Source: Verrucomicrobiota bacterium
Lineage (GTDB): Bacteria; Chlamydiota; Chlamydiia; Chlamydiales; 2-12-FULL-49-11
Length of the DNA stretch: 64,000 nucleotides
NCBI GenBank assembly: GCA_018240105.1
Contig: JAFEGE010000065.1
Coordinates: forward strand, 1,804-65,803
Direction: 5' to 3'
The notes under the pieces were generated by a model. That model searched no databases. It saw only the letters and a list, made by a program, of their open reading frames with translations, and was not told the DNA's origin. Positions within the stretch are counted from its first letter, which is position 1; each line of letters starts with the position of its first letter. A program made the position numbers and the translations under genes. This document shows, piece by piece, positions 1 through 10,061 of this stretch.

Positions 1-226
1 TAAGAAAACAGCGTCTAAAGAGAGGTTTAATCTCCTCTGGCAGAGCCGAGGTTGACACATCGAAGTCTTTGGGGGTTTGGCCAAGAAGAAGGTCTCGCAC
101 GCAGCCTCCGACCAAATAAGCCTTGTGACCGGCTCGGATAAGGGTCTCTACTACAGTAAGGGCATCGGGATCAATTTGACTTTTTGAAATCTTATGTTCG
201 CTGGCGGTGTAGATTTTTGGCTGCAA
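1..226 (-). CDS. poly(A) polymerase / CCA-adding tRNA nucleotidyltransferase family, N-terminal part; the gene continues past the window start
   Basis: Minus-strand translation LQPKIYTASEHKISKSQIDPDALTVVETLIRAGHKAYLVGGCVRDLLLGQTPKDFDVSTSALPEEIKPLF carries the GGxVRDxLLG..PKDxD nucleotidyltransferase motif. Start guessed as TTG at 226. Not in the ORF track. Confidence 0.7.
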   Translation of the reverse strand, partial: MQPKIYTASEHKISKSQIDPDALTVVETLIRAGHKAYLVGGCVRDLLLGQTPKDFDVSTSALPEEIKPLFRRCFL

Positions 227-332
227 TTTTCCTCTTTTTCCCGTATACTCGCGTAGATTAAAAAACTTATATTTTGATTTTGCCAGAATCTTATTTTTTA
301 AGATCACAGCAAAACCAAATTTTAGAGTTCAC

Positions 333-1544
333 TTGAGTATGGAGTATAGCGCAATGAAAACTTTTTTGGGTATTCTTTTGGTAGCGGGAACAGCGCTCGG
401 GGCAGGAATGCTTGCTCTTCCAGTTGCAACTGCAACAAGCGGCCTTATCCCAGCCTGGATTGTTTATTTACTCTCCTGGCTTTTTAGCATGGCCACAGGC
501 CTTCTATTTGTAGAGATTGGTCTTTGGCTACCAAGGCATGCTAATATTGTCTCCATGGCAACCCGTATATTAGGAAAACCTGGCAAGCTCCTTGCTTGGA
601 TTCTTTATATCTTTCTTTTTTACTGCTTAACGATCGCCTACATTGCAGAAGGAGGAAGACTCTTAGGTGTCTTTTTCTCGTTAGACCATATACTTTTTCT
701 AGCCCCGATCCTCTTTACTTTGATTTTCGGCTCTTTTGTCTACGCAGGAACAAAGATTGCTGGCAAATGTAATGCAGTTTTGATGACAGGTCTTATCGTA
801 TCTTTCTTTGGCTTCGTCTCTTTAGCTCTCCCTAAGATCTATGGAAATACGGAGCTACACCCTTGGCGTCTCTTTAACTGGGGACAAGCCATTTTTGCAC
901 TCCCGATTATTTTTACATCCTTTAGCTACCAAGGTATCATCCCAAGCCTTCTAGAGTTTTTTGAAAGAGATCCTAAAAAAGTACGGATCGCGATTCTCTT
1001 CGGTACATTAATACCTTTTATCACTTACCTTTTATGGGATTACCTCATCAAAGGGATTATTCCGATCGAAGGAGCCCATGGCCTTTTAGCAACAAAAGAG
1101 GCCGGTATTTCAGCAATAGCGCCTTTAAGCTACTTTTTAGGAGGCTCTCGTATTTACATAATAGGCAATTTCTTTGGCTTTTTTGCCTTAACAACCTCTT
1201 TCATAGGGGTGAGTTTAGGTCTTCTAGATTTTCTTTCAGACTCTCTGCAAATTGCTAAGACAAGCCTTAATAAGCTTTTCCTATGTGCTCTTGTATATAT
1301 ACCAACGCTTTTGATCACTTTTATCAACCCGAGGATTTTTCTAGATGCACTCGGTTATGCGGGCGGCTTTGGTTGCGCTCTTCTTTTGGGCTTACTTCCT
1401 ATTGTTATGGCATGGGTTGGACGATATAAAAAAGGCTATTCGCATCTTTACATACAACTTCCTGGCGGGAAGCCGATTCTAGCGATTCTATTCCTCTATG
1501 TTGTCTTTGAAATTACCATACAGGTATTGACAAACTTCGTATGA
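333..1544 (+). CDS. tyrP: aromatic amino acid (tyrosine/tryptophan) permease, HAAAP family
   Basis: 403 aa polytopic membrane protein. N-terminus GILLVAGTALGAGMLALPVATA is typical of the TyrP/Mtr/TnaB family. Confidence 0.75.
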   Translation: MSMEYSAMKTFLGILLVAGTALGAGMLALPVATATSGLIPAWIVYLLSWLFSMATGLLFVEIGLWLPRHANIVSMATRILGKPGKLLAWILYIFLFYCLTIAYIAEGGRLLGVFFSLDHILFLAPILFTLIFGSFVYAGTKIAGKCNAVLMTGLIVSFFGFVSLALPKIYGNTELHPWRLFNWGQAIFALPIIFTSFSYQGIIPSLLEFFERDPKKVRIAILFGTLIPFITYLLWDYLIKGIIPIEGAHGLLATKEAGISAIAPLSYFLGGSRIYIIGNFFGFFALTTSFIGVSLGLLDFLSDSLQIAKTSLNKLFLCALVYIPTLLITFINPRIFLDALGYAGGFGCALLLGLLPIVMAWVGRYKKGYSHLYIQLPGGKPILAILFLYVVFEITIQVLTNFV

Positions 1545-2650
1545 TAGATATTTTTGTCTCTTGTGGCGAGCAAAGCGGCGATCTACTAGGAGCCAAACTC
1601 TTAGAGCCGCTTTCTAAAGAGTATAGAATCGAAGGGGTCTTAGGCCCCAATATGAGAAGCACCGGTTTTAAAGAGATCTTTGCCATGGAAACCCTCCAAG
1701 TTATGGGTTTATCAGCTATTGTGCAAAAATTGCCAAAGATTCTCTTCTTTATCCACAACGTAAAAAATTACATCCTCAAAAACAAGCCAAAAATAGTTAT
1801 CCTTTTTGATGCGCCTGATTTTCATCTTTTTTTAGCCCATCTTCTAAGAAAAAATGGCTTTAAAGGAAAAATCATCCAAGTTGTTTGCCCCTCTATTTGG
1901 GCTTGGCGAAAGGGCCGGAAAAAGACCTTAGAGAAAAATTTCGACCTTCTCTTTACATTTTTCCCCTTTGAGCGAGATCTTTTTAAAGACTCTACGCTCG
2001 AAGCCATTTGCATCGGACACCCTCTTGTCGAAGCACTCTCTTCTAAAAAAATAGAGCTACTTCCAGAGTTAGAAAATAAACGGGTTATCGCACTCTTTCC
2101 TGGCAGTCGCAAAGGAGAAATTTTGCGACACCTACCTCTTCAACTTAAAGCAACGCGCTTTACAGGCTTTACAAGAGCGATCGGCATGAGTAGCAATGCC
2201 CACCTAGAGCTCATCACTTCTCTTATTAAAGATGAACCATCTCCCCCTCTTCTTGTTTCTGCAGAAAACCGCTATGGCCTTATGCAACAAGCAGAGTTTG
2301 CCTTAGCAAAATTTGGAACAATCAATTTAGAGCTCTCTCTTCTAGAAACAGCAACGATCACACACTTTACACTCCCCTCTCTCGAACGAATTATTTTACA
2401 ACATCTCTTTCGGGTAAATTTGCCCTACTACTCTCTTCCAAATATCGTTGCTAACGAAGAAATATTTAGAGAGCACCTTTTTCCAAGAGCCTCTTTTGAA
2501 GAATTAGAGGAAAATTGTAAAAGGTTTGCTTTCTCTTTAGACAGCATTAGAGAGTGTAAGCTGCAGTGTCAAAAATTAAAGAAAATACTACCTAACACCC
2601 CCTCATCTTTGCTTTTTTGCGATAGGCTAAAAGCTTTGCTTTCAATTTAA
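1541..2650 (+). CDS. lpxB: lipid-A-disaccharide synthase
   Basis: N-terminal CGEQSGDLLGAKLL (AGExSGD motif), DAPDFHL and CPSIWAWRKGR motifs. 4-nt overlap with the upstream gene. Confidence 0.85.
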   Translation: MIDIFVSCGEQSGDLLGAKLLEPLSKEYRIEGVLGPNMRSTGFKEIFAMETLQVMGLSAIVQKLPKILFFIHNVKNYILKNKPKIVILFDAPDFHLFLAHLLRKNGFKGKIIQVVCPSIWAWRKGRKKTLEKNFDLLFTFFPFERDLFKDSTLEAICIGHPLVEALSSKKIELLPELENKRVIALFPGSRKGEILRHLPLQLKATRFTGFTRAIGMSSNAHLELITSLIKDEPSPPLLVSAENRYGLMQQAEFALAKFGTINLELSLLETATITHFTLPSLERIILQHLFRVNLPYYSLPNIVANEEIFREHLFPRASFEELEENCKRFAFSLDSIRECKLQCQKLKKILPNTPSSLLFCDRLKALLSI

Positions 2651-2677
2651 CCTCTCTTCTCTTAAAATTATCCGCAA

Positions 2678-3094
2678 ATGACGCAAGATATTTTCAAAAT
2701 TTACTTAGACCGTTTACGCCTTGTCCCCCAACAAGAGATTCAAGGCTCTGTAAACCCTGATTTCTTAGAGGTAGCGGATGGACGGCTTTTTTTTAGAGAG
2801 CTTATCGAAATAAAGGGCTCTGCCTATTTAGCAGATGACCACTTAATTCTCCATCTAGATGTCACAACCTCTTATATCTCTTTTTGCAAGATTTGCAATG
2901 AAGAGATAGCAACCCCTTTTTTATTAGAAGGTCTTTATATAACCGAAGATTTTGAAAAAGGCGCCCTTAAAGAGTACGATTTTAGAACTCCTTTAAGAGA
3001 CGCTATCTTGTTAGAAATCCCTTTATATACCGAATGTCAAGGGAGCTGCCCACAACGGGCCTCTCTTAAAGAATATTTCAAACAATCCGTCTAG
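2678..3094 (+). CDS. yceD: YceD/DUF177 family protein (large-subunit ribosome-associated)
   Basis: 138 aa with a Cys-containing C-terminus (CQGSCPQR). Sits immediately upstream of rpmF, the conserved yceD-rpmF synteny. Confidence 0.65.
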   Translation: MTQDIFKIYLDRLRLVPQQEIQGSVNPDFLEVADGRLFFRELIEIKGSAYLADDHLILHLDVTTSYISFCKICNEEIATPFLLEGLYITEDFEKGALKEYDFRTPLRDAILLEIPLYTECQGSCPQRASLKEYFKQSV

Positions 3095-3104
3095 GAGAAC
3101 AACC

Positions 3105-3296
3105 ATGGCCGTCCCACGTAACCGCTCCTCTCGTAATAGGAAAGGCAACCGCAGATCACACCACCACATTTTAGCAAAGCCTTTAACGGCTTGCGCTAAT
3201 TGCAAAAACAGCATTTTACCCTTCCATATATGTGCCTCTTGCGGCCATTATAAAGGACGTAATTACGGTAAAACGGAAGCTACTGCATCTTCATAA
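3105..3296 (+). CDS. rpmF: 50S ribosomal protein L32
   Basis: MAVPRNRSSRNRKGNRRSHH... with the CxxC...C..C zinc ribbon. 63 aa. Confidence 0.95.
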   Translation: MAVPRNRSSRNRKGNRRSHHHILAKPLTACANCKNSILPFHICASCGHYKGRNYGKTEATASS

Positions 3297-3360
3297 AGAG
3301 ATGCAGTTTTCGTAACATACGATCCTAAAAAGGGTCTCCAAAAAGGGAATCGCTGTTTTA

Positions 3361-4899
3361 ATGAAAGAAATTCTTTTAAATGTAGAAACAAAAGAGACGC
3401 GCTTTGCTCTTCTTATGGAAAAAAAGCTGCAGGATCTTGTCATAGAACGTAAAAAGACAAGGCAGCTAACCGGCAATGTTTACCGTGGCCGCGTTACCAA
3501 TATTCTACATAACATCCAATCCGCTTTTATCGATATCGGTGAGGGAGAAAATGGTTTCATTCATATTTCTGACATCGTAGAGAATACCCAAAAGTTCCAA
3601 GACCTCTTCGATATGGATTTCGATTGGAACTGCGATTTAAAAGATTACGCTAAGCAGCCAAAAGAGACCGACATCTCAAAAATCTTGAAGATCGATCAAA
3701 CGGTTTTAGTCCAAGTGGTGAAAGAACCGATCGGCAGTAAAGGTGCAAGACTAACCTCTAACCTCTCTATCCCTGGCCGCTACCTTGTTCTTTTACCTAA
3801 CAACCCGCACAGGGGCGTCTCTAGAAAGATTGAAGATCGTGCGCAAAAAGATCGTCTAAAACAGATCATTAAAGCCTTTGAGATGCCATCAGACATGGGA
3901 CTTATCTGTCGTACAGCTAGCATGCTAGCCTCTACTGATCAATTGATCGATGAGGCCCATGAACTTTTAGACATCTGGAATAAAATCATCGATGGTTTTC
4001 AAAAAGCTACAGGCCCTACCTGTCTCTATAGAGAATCAGACCTCATTAAAAAAGCCTTGATGATGGCTCTTGATAAGAAGTATGACCGCATTTTAATAGA
4101 CCACTACCCTACCTATCTCTCTTGCAACCGTCTTTTTAGTCGCTATAAAGAGTCTAATGAAACGCTTAAGATAGAATTCTATCGCGATAAAATGACTATG
4201 TTTAAAAGATTTAACGTAGAAAAAGAGATCGAAAAAGCGCTTTCACGCAAGATTTGGCTACCAAGTGGCGGGTATCTCTATTTTGATCGCACAGAGGCGA
4301 TGTATACAATCGATGTCAACTCTGGCCGCAGCCAGGGGGGAGAATCTTCTGACATTGAAGAGTCTCTTCTCCATATTAACATGGAAGCAGCTGATGAGAT
4401 TGCACGCCAACTGAAGATACGAAATATCGGTGGTCTTATCATATGCGACTTTATTGACATGCGCTCTCGCAAAAACCAAAGACGTCTTTTGGACCATTTA
4501 CGAGAAGTGATGAAAGAGGACTCCGCTAAGTGCACTATTCTAGGTATGAGCGAGTTTGGCCTGATAGAGATGACACGCCAACGAAATCGTGAATCTTTAA
4601 TCCAGACCCTCTTTACAGATTGCCCTTACTGTTATGGTAAAGGGATGATCAAAAATATGGAAAGCACATCTATCGAACTGGAACGCTCTCTAAAAGAGCT
4701 AACCCACGGGCAGCACGGTGCGTTGGATATAGTTATCCATCCAGAAGTAGACCGCTATTTAGAAGAGAGTGAGAAGAGGTTTTTCGAGAAGTGGGCTCAA
4801 AAGATGAATACGACCCTCTCTTTTAAAACAAACGACTCGCTCCACTTAAATGCTTTTGAAATTTACTCTGGCGCGAATGGAAAAAGACTCGACAGCTAA
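3361..4899 (+). CDS. rng: ribonuclease E/G family protein (RNase G-like)
   Basis: S1 domain (GNVYRGRVTNILHNIQSAFIDIG) followed by the RNase E/G catalytic core (TIDVNSG, ICDFIDM). 512 aa. Confidence 0.9.
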   Translation: MKEILLNVETKETRFALLMEKKLQDLVIERKKTRQLTGNVYRGRVTNILHNIQSAFIDIGEGENGFIHISDIVENTQKFQDLFDMDFDWNCDLKDYAKQPKETDISKILKIDQTVLVQVVKEPIGSKGARLTSNLSIPGRYLVLLPNNPHRGVSRKIEDRAQKDRLKQIIKAFEMPSDMGLICRTASMLASTDQLIDEAHELLDIWNKIIDGFQKATGPTCLYRESDLIKKALMMALDKKYDRILIDHYPTYLSCNRLFSRYKESNETLKIEFYRDKMTMFKRFNVEKEIEKALSRKIWLPSGGYLYFDRTEAMYTIDVNSGRSQGGESSDIEESLLHINMEAADEIARQLKIRNIGGLIICDFIDMRSRKNQRRLLDHLREVMKEDSAKCTILGMSEFGLIEMTRQRNRESLIQTLFTDCPYCYGKGMIKNMESTSIELERSLKELTHGQHGALDIVIHPEVDRYLEESEKRFFEKWAQKMNTTLSFKTNDSLHLNAFEIYSGANGKRLDS

Positions 4900-5887
4900 T
4901 AGTTTTAAAGACCTTCTAACGCCGCTCAGAGAAAAATTTCCGCACCCCGCTTGGGACTTTCTAGAACCATTCATGACCTCTTACGGCGCTATCATAGAGC
5001 GTAAGGGGCTAGACAGAGACTTCTACTACAACTTACTTGTAAGCTATGGCAAATTTATCGTAGCGCAACTAAAAGAGCCTTATAAATTTGGCTCTTTTCA
5101 TGAAGCTATCCGCTCCCCGATCGATTATTATCAATTTGGCATCGACTTTTTCACACCTCTTATAGACTTTGCAAAAGCAACCTTTACCGGTAAAGAGAAT
5201 GTAGAAGAGATTGCTCAATTTATCGCAAAGGGCGAGAATGTCATCTTATATGCAAATCATCAAATCGAAGCTGACCCTCAAGTACTAAGCATCTTTCTAA
5301 AAGACTCTTTTCCAAACCTTGCTAAAGATATGCTATTTGTAGCCGGTGAAAGAGTTGTAACAGATCCTTTAGCTGTACCTTTTAGCCTCGGCTGCAACCT
5401 CTTCTGCGTCTTTTCTAAAAAGTATTTTGAAATACATGCAGAGCGTAAAGCCGAAATGTTAGAGCAAAATAAGCGCACCATGCTTCACATCGCCCACCAT
5501 CTACATGAAGGCGGCAAATGTATCTATATTGCCCCAAGTGGTGGACGTGACCGTCCGAATCCGGACAACCCCAAAGAGATCAACTTAGCCGCATTCGATC
5601 AACAAAGTATAGAACTCCTCTATCTTCTTGGCAGAAAGGCCAAAAAAAAGACCCACTTTTATCCACTTGCTTTAAAAACCCATGATCTTCTACCACCTCC
5701 TAATAAGCTGCAGATCTCTCTAGGTGAAAAACGGATTGCTAAAGAAGCCCCTGTCCATATCGCCTTTGGACAAGAAATTGCTATGGAAGATTTCCCACAA
5801 TCTGCTACAAGAGAGGAAATAAAAGAAGCAAGAACAGAGCGCATTTGGTCACTTGTCCGCGCTATGTACGAAACCTTTCCAAAATAG
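4877..5887 (+). CDS. glycerol-3-phosphate acyltransferase, plastid ATS1-type (chlamydial PlsB)
   Basis: NHQIEADPQV HX4D acyltransferase motif in its plant-type context. Start moved to the ATG at 4877; overlaps the rng 3' end by 23 nt. Adjacent to the insulinase gene as in Chlamydia. Confidence 0.8.
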   Translation: MEKDSTANSFKDLLTPLREKFPHPAWDFLEPFMTSYGAIIERKGLDRDFYYNLLVSYGKFIVAQLKEPYKFGSFHEAIRSPIDYYQFGIDFFTPLIDFAKATFTGKENVEEIAQFIAKGENVILYANHQIEADPQVLSIFLKDSFPNLAKDMLFVAGERVVTDPLAVPFSLGCNLFCVFSKKYFEIHAERKAEMLEQNKRTMLHIAHHLHEGGKCIYIAPSGGRDRPNPDNPKEINLAAFDQQSIELLYLLGRKAKKKTHFYPLALKTHDLLPPPNKLQISLGEKRIAKEAPVHIAFGQEIAMEDFPQSATREEIKEARTERIWSLVRAMYETFPK

Positions 5888-5897
5888 GTGTCTAGCC

Positions 5898-8768
5898 ATG
5901 ATCAACCATTGCCTAAAAGCTCTCTGTTTAGGAGCTCTTACTCTTCCTTTGCAAAGCGAGAGCGCAGGATATGAGATAGTTGAAAACAAAAACAGCCTTA
6001 AGATTCTAACCCCCTCTCTAAAAGAGCGTAAAGAGTTAAAGGTGCGTTTAGAAAATGGCTTAGAGGCTCTCATTATTTCCGATCCCGATGCAAACACCTC
6101 TGCTGCAGGGATTGCAATTGAAGCAGGCTCTTTTGATGATCCGGAAGAGTATCCAGGTATGGCGCACTTCTGTGAGCACATGCTCTTTATGGGCTCTAAA
6201 AAATATCCCGATGAGAATGGCTTTTGGAAAAAGATTAGCAATAGCGGCGGCACAGCAAATGCTTACACAAAAGAAGATCGCACCGTCTACATGTTCTCTT
6301 CTAACCATGATAGCTTCAAAGAGATCTTAGATATCTATGCACAGTTTTTCATAGAGCCACTTTTTAAAGAAAATGCGGTTAAACGCGAACTCTTAGCTGT
6401 TAATCAAGAGTATGAAAAGAATATCGACAGCGACGCTTGGCGCGCTCACATGGTCTTAAAGATGACTTCGCGAGCTGATCACCCCTTCTGCAAGTTTTCT
6501 ACAGGATCTAGTGAAACCCTTGGCAAAATTGAATTATCGACCTTAAGAACTTGGTTTAGAAAGAATTATTCTGCTCACAAGATGCATCTTGTTATCTATT
6601 CCAACCAAGATTTAGATACCTCTTTGAAGATGGTCCTAAACTCTTTCTCTCCTATTCCGATGATCCTTTCCGCCCCGCGCGAGGTACCAACAAAGCTTCT
6701 CTCTGAGGGGCAAAAAGGTCATATCTTCTATATTGAACCGCTCCAAGAGAGCCGCAACCTTAGAATGACCTGGCAGATGCCAGCTGATATTGCAAATGAT
6801 CTAAATAGCAAAGTCCCTGATCTCATTGCTTACGCCCTTTCCTACAAAGGTGAAAATAGCCTTTATGAGACCCTGCGCAAAGAGGGGCTTGCTGAAGATC
6901 TCTCTGCAGGGGCTCATCTTTTTGCTAAAGATACGATGCTTCTCTCACTAGAAGTACAGCTGACAAAGAAAGGTGTCCAAGCTGTCTCTCACATCATTAA
7001 AGAGACCTTTAAAACAATCCATGCCCTCAAAGCGCGTGGTATTCCACCACATCTTTTTCATGAAAGCCGAAGGATGCAGGAGATAAACTACGCTTGGCAA
7101 TCAAGAAGTAACTCTTTTAGTTACGTAACAGATTTAGCTGATAGCATGGTTGATGAACCTCTAGACACCTTCCCACAGAAGGTCATAACCTTTTCTCGCT
7201 TCCAACCAAACGCTATACAAACGGCTCTCTCCTCTATGACAGCTGAAAACGCTGTCTTCTTTGTCATAGCGCCACCTGCTTTAACAAAACAGGAGCCAAC
7301 GCAAAGAGAAGAGTGGCTAGGAGCCCTCTACTCTACAACAAAAATTGAAGAGGATAGATTACAAGAGTGGAACTCTTTAAAGCCGAACAGCTCTGCCCAT
7401 ACGATTGCTCCGAATAAATTCATACCAGAGAAGCTCACTCTTCTTACCAAAGTAAAAGAGAGTGAAGAGTTTGAACCAGCCCTTCTCTCGGATGAAGCGA
7501 TGGGTCGCTGCTACTTCCTAAAAGATCGTTTTTATCTCGTCCCAGAGGTTGCTATAACGATGAGCGTACGATCACCCCTCATCAATAACAAGCCTCAAAA
7601 TATCGCTCTTCTAGATCTATACACGCTCCACCTTATGAATAAGCTATCTCCGCAAATATCTTGCGCTAAGAGAGGTGGCTTACATGTAAGCTTCTCACAA
7701 GAAAAATTGCGCTTTGTCATCCAAGTAGCTGGTTTTGATGAAAAGGCCGATGTCTTTATGGCCACCATCTTTGACAGCATGAAGAAAGAGGCCCCCTCTA
7801 AAGCAGAGTTCATGCAGTATAAAGATGAGCTTTTGAACCTCTACGATAGCCAAGAAAAGTCTCTTGCCTTTGTACAAGCGCGCGCTATTTTACAGAGCGT
7901 TCTCTTTAATGATTCACAAACCGGCAAAGATTTATATGAAGCTCTAACAGCTCTTCGTTATGAAGATCTCATCTCTTATCAAGAAAAATTTTTACAAACC
8001 GCTTACTTAGAAGGTATGATCGGTGGTAATCTCGATGAAACAAGAGCTAAAAACATCTGGAAAGAGATGAAAGAGAGCCTCCAGTATACCTCCTATCCAG
8101 TCGCAGACCATCCAGAACAAAAAGTATTAGCTCTCCCCGATGGTAAAGGCCCCTTTATCTTGACAGAGGTCAATCCTCTTAAAGGAAACGCCGCTCTCCT
8201 TACACTCCAACTTGGTGGCACAACTTATCCTAAGATTGCCTCTTCCTCTGTCCTTGGAAAAGCTTTATCGGAGGCTTTTTTCACAGAGCTTAGAACAAAA
8301 CAGCAGACTGCCTATATTGCAAAAAGCTGGCTTGTAGAGAAGTGCCAATCTTTGCACCTCTTTTTTGGAGCCCACTCCACCTCACACAATGCAGCCGAAC
8401 TCCTTAACCGCTTTGAACTCTTTTTAGAGGATTTCGAGCGCAATATTGCCATCCACGTTCCTCTCGAACGCTTTGAAGCAATCCAGCAATCCCTTATCAC
8501 TACTTACTCACAGCCCGCATCGAACCTCCAAGAAAAGGTCTCAGAGCTTAACAGCTACGCTTTCATTCACAATAAAGAATTTAGAAGAAAGGCTAAGATC
8601 AAAGGCGCTCTTGAGACTCTCTCTTACGACGATTTCTTAGCGGCTTCAGAGCCACTGACGCGGACAAATCCAAAGCGTATAGCGATTCTGGTTACAGGCT
8701 CAAATAACTCTGCGCCAACCTATATTCTTACCTCACCTCTAGAGCTTAAAAACCTCTGCCCGTTTTAA
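5898..8768 (+). CDS. peptidase M16 (insulinase/pitrilysin family) zinc protease, secreted
   Basis: HFCEHMLFMGSKKYP inverted zinc motif (HxxEH). Start moved to the ATG at 5898, giving the signal-like N-terminus MINHCLKALCLGALTLPLQS. Confidence 0.85.
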   Translation: MINHCLKALCLGALTLPLQSESAGYEIVENKNSLKILTPSLKERKELKVRLENGLEALIISDPDANTSAAGIAIEAGSFDDPEEYPGMAHFCEHMLFMGSKKYPDENGFWKKISNSGGTANAYTKEDRTVYMFSSNHDSFKEILDIYAQFFIEPLFKENAVKRELLAVNQEYEKNIDSDAWRAHMVLKMTSRADHPFCKFSTGSSETLGKIELSTLRTWFRKNYSAHKMHLVIYSNQDLDTSLKMVLNSFSPIPMILSAPREVPTKLLSEGQKGHIFYIEPLQESRNLRMTWQMPADIANDLNSKVPDLIAYALSYKGENSLYETLRKEGLAEDLSAGAHLFAKDTMLLSLEVQLTKKGVQAVSHIIKETFKTIHALKARGIPPHLFHESRRMQEINYAWQSRSNSFSYVTDLADSMVDEPLDTFPQKVITFSRFQPNAIQTALSSMTAENAVFFVIAPPALTKQEPTQREEWLGALYSTTKIEEDRLQEWNSLKPNSSAHTIAPNKFIPEKLTLLTKVKESEEFEPALLSDEAMGRCYFLKDRFYLVPEVAITMSVRSPLINNKPQNIALLDLYTLHLMNKLSPQISCAKRGGLHVSFSQEKLRFVIQVAGFDEKADVFMATIFDSMKKEAPSKAEFMQYKDELLNLYDSQEKSLAFVQARAILQSVLFNDSQTGKDLYEALTALRYEDLISYQEKFLQTAYLEGMIGGNLDETRAKNIWKEMKESLQYTSYPVADHPEQKVLALPDGKGPFILTEVNPLKGNAALLTLQLGGTTYPKIASSSVLGKALSEAFFTELRTKQQTAYIAKSWLVEKCQSLHLFFGAHSTSHNAAELLNRFELFLEDFERNIAIHVPLERFEAIQQSLITTYSQPASNLQEKVSELNSYAFIHNKEFRRKAKIKGALETLSYDDFLAASEPLTRTNPKRIAILVTGSNNSAPTYILTSPLELKNLCPF

Positions 8769-8778
8769 GAAAGGCAAT

Positions 8779-9336
8779 CTACGATGGTACTACGTACCAG
8801 CTAGTACCATCGTGATGAAAGTGGATAAGAGATGCATTTTTTACCTTAAGATCTTCTCTAGTAACCTTTCTTCCAATAAGAGTTAAGAGAGCCACATACA
8901 CAAAGCCATGGGCTACAAAAAGAAGTGTGCCCTCCTCTTTAGAGAGCCATTTATTTACAGCCTCTCCTATTTTCTGAGTAAAGGCTGCCTTTGATTCGCC
9001 TTCTCTTATAGGCACCTCCCAAGGAAGATCCATTACATAGTCGATAATCTTTGGCTCTTTTTGATCTTCGAAAATTCCAATATCTATCTCTTTGAGATCC
9101 TCCTCTACGAAAATGGAGGGGCCCCCTGCAATCTCAGCCGTCCTCTTAGCGCGAAGTAAGGGGCTACAAATAGTGCGCTCAATACCGACCTCTAAGACTT
9201 TATCTCGTAGAAGATATGCCTCAGACTCTCCTCTACTTGTTAGTGGGCTATCAGTTCTTCCTCCCGCACAAATACCGCGAGCATTGTGCTCAGACTCCCC
9301 ATGGCGCGCAAAGTAAAAGGATTTCTCTTTTAGCAT
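8779..9336 (-). CDS. histidine phosphatase family protein (phosphoglycerate mutase-like)
   Basis: FYFARHGESEHNARGICAGGRTDSPLTSRG carries the RHGE catalytic motif. Confidence 0.8.
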   Translation of the reverse strand: MLKEKSFYFARHGESEHNARGICAGGRTDSPLTSRGESEAYLLRDKVLEVGIERTICSPLLRAKRTAEIAGGPSIFVEEDLKEIDIGIFEDQKEPKIIDYVMDLPWEVPIREGESKAAFTQKIGEAVNKWLSKEEGTLLFVAHGFVYVALLTLIGRKVTREDLKVKNASLIHFHHDGTSWYVVPS

Positions 9337-9938
9337 AGAGAGGCTCTCTTCTGAAAGTTCTCTTTAAAAGCAGTGGGCTTCTCTGAAGCTGTAAAGGCTA
9401 AAATAGCCTCAGCTGCTTCTTTTGGATCGATCTTTCCTGTGTCGATCTCTAAATCAAATATGCGATCTTTGTAGACAACTTCATAAAGCCCTCTAGCAAG
9501 CCCAAGGCTTCTATCGCCTCTCATCTTTTCTCGCTCTTCTGCGACCTTTTGTGATGGTTTTACGGCAACAAAAACCACATCGACGTCCTGGAAAAGCTCT
9601 AAATAGTCTTGAAAATCTTCCTCTGAAAAAAGAAGCTCATCTATGATCAGAGAAATGCCATTATCAACCATCGCTTTAAAAGCTCGCCGCATAGCATAGC
9701 TTAGGCTCTTTGCATAGGGGCCATTTTGAACTATCATTTTGGAACCCAAAGCATCATCTACTTTGATAAATCGGTAGCCAAGATCTGCCTCTTTCCCCTC
9801 TCCTACAAATCACGGATCTATAGAAAAAAAGAAGCTATCTATCCCCATGTGTAAAAGTGGCTCTGGGTACAATTCTTGTATTTTTTTAGCGACACTGGTT
9901 TTACCAGCGCTACTCGTTCCATTTAAAAAAATAATCAT
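9330..9938 (-). pseudogene. chloramphenicol phosphotransferase-like (CPT family) P-loop kinase interrupted by an in-frame TGA
   Basis: ATG at 9938 gives MIIFLNGTSSAGKTSVAKKIQELYPEPLLHMGIDSFFFSIDP, then TGA at 9812-9810. The same frame continues into track ORF 9330..9749. The P-loop and overall 202-codon length match the CPT family. Confidence 0.7.
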
Positions 9939-10061
9939 ATTAATAAAAAGATTTAATTCGTGAATAATAATAACAGAACTTCATAATAAATCTACACCTC
10001 TATAATACATCTGTAAAATTTCAATTGCTTGGAAAATCTCATTTAGGATATAGAATATGAG

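Noticed and set aside
9810-9812. In-frame TGA as selenocysteine or Trp recoding
   Set aside because: There is no SECIS-like hairpin immediately downstream, no selenoprotein context for a P-loop kinase, and other genes in the window clearly use TGA as stop (for example DUF47 and the prfB frame-0 stop). I treat it as a nonsense mutation or a sequencing error.
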